DNA from: Oculina patagonica
Taxonomy: Eukaryota
Length of the DNA stretch: 64,000 nucleotides
Assembly: GCF_052425735.1 (NCBI RefSeq)
Contig: NC_135766.1
Span: forward strand, 5,456,001 to 5,520,000
Direction of reading: 5' to 3'
Part shown: piece after piece, positions 63,318-64,000 of the stretch
Layout: every line of letters begins with the position of its first letter
Position numbering within the stretch: the stretch's first letter is position 1
Made by a program: the position numbers and the translations under genes
The notes under the pieces: model-generated
What the model was told of the DNA's origin: nothing
The model's database searches: none
What the model saw: only the letters and a program-made list of their open reading frames with translations

Positions 63318-64000
63318 GTACAGTTGTCCATCTTTCAATCCTGTCTCTTGCCAGTTTCTTGTTGTGGATATTGGATCATTGTTGGTGCAACATCCACCAA
63401 ATGACATTACATGTAAAACCAAACGATTCAAAAGACAATAAACAAGTCATCTGCAATGAAACAGCACCTTATCTAACTGACAGTAGTTATTCTGCAACAC
63501 TAAGATATACCCATAAATCTCTTTCAATCCAACCTTTTACAATCCAGATGCAGAGGAATAAAATTGAGTCTCTATTGATAACCAAACCTAATTTTCACCT
63601 CCAGCAGGCCAATAATTTATGTCGTTTCTTAAATTTGTTTTCAAATTAAATACCTTGAGAGGTAGGGATGGCGCAGTTGGGTAAGTGCTCACATCTCCCC
63701 TCCCCCCCCCCCCCCCTCTCCAAGGCCTGAGTTTCATTCTTTCTGGGAGTCAAGCAGGTTAAAGTGTTTACCTTCTTCTTCTCTCTAATCTCTCCCAGTC
63801 CAAGTAATTAACATGCGACACAGAGACTCCCCCAATTGTCTTCTCAAGGAGAAACAGATCATAAGGAAAATCTCTCTCTCTCACAGGTTGCAAAGTTTAC
63901 CTGTGTAGTCAAAAGTCAACACTTTTAATTAAATATATTATGCTTAACAATTTCTGGAGGGCCACATGTTTGCGCCTCAGGAACAGTATAAGTGATTTAC

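Noticed and set aside
63887-63910. Candidate ELP6 exon 5 after tcacag
   Set aside because: It hits an in-frame TAG within seven codons. The true next exon is probably beyond the window.

Overview
This is eukaryotic, intron-rich animal DNA. Gene content and repeat families suggest an anthozoan, probably a stony coral (inference). Exons were assembled by hand from GT-AG sites and reading-frame phase. (1) 1-17 kb: two tandem paralogues of a minus-strand gene with an N-terminal CARD-like domain and duplicated basic/acidic exon pairs. The complete copy ends in a hydrophobic C-terminal tail, a MAVS/CARD19-like layout. (2) 19.8-51.7 kb: a 10-exon, 764-aa GPR158/GPR179-like class C GPCR gene. Intron 7 holds a nested small MGC-type (lipid-anchor motif) ORF. 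Intron 6 is almost entirely a 10.5-kb DNA transposon. (3) That transposon (36715-47218) has TTAA target-site duplications and short GGCCTGGGTCA terminal inverted repeats. It encodes an intact 5-exon, 1306-aa transposase with the D..D..CxxC..MH..HxxxxH..E motif order of RAG1/Transib/CMC enzymes plus an inserted SAP-like motif, and carries a decayed protein kinase gene. This combination of ends and enzyme type is the best candidate for an undescribed system. (4) 55.4-64 kb: a complete FBXW2 head-to-head with a partial ELP6, with only 93 bp between the start codons. hAT derivatives, MITEs, tRNA-derived SINEs and simple repeats are scattered throughout.
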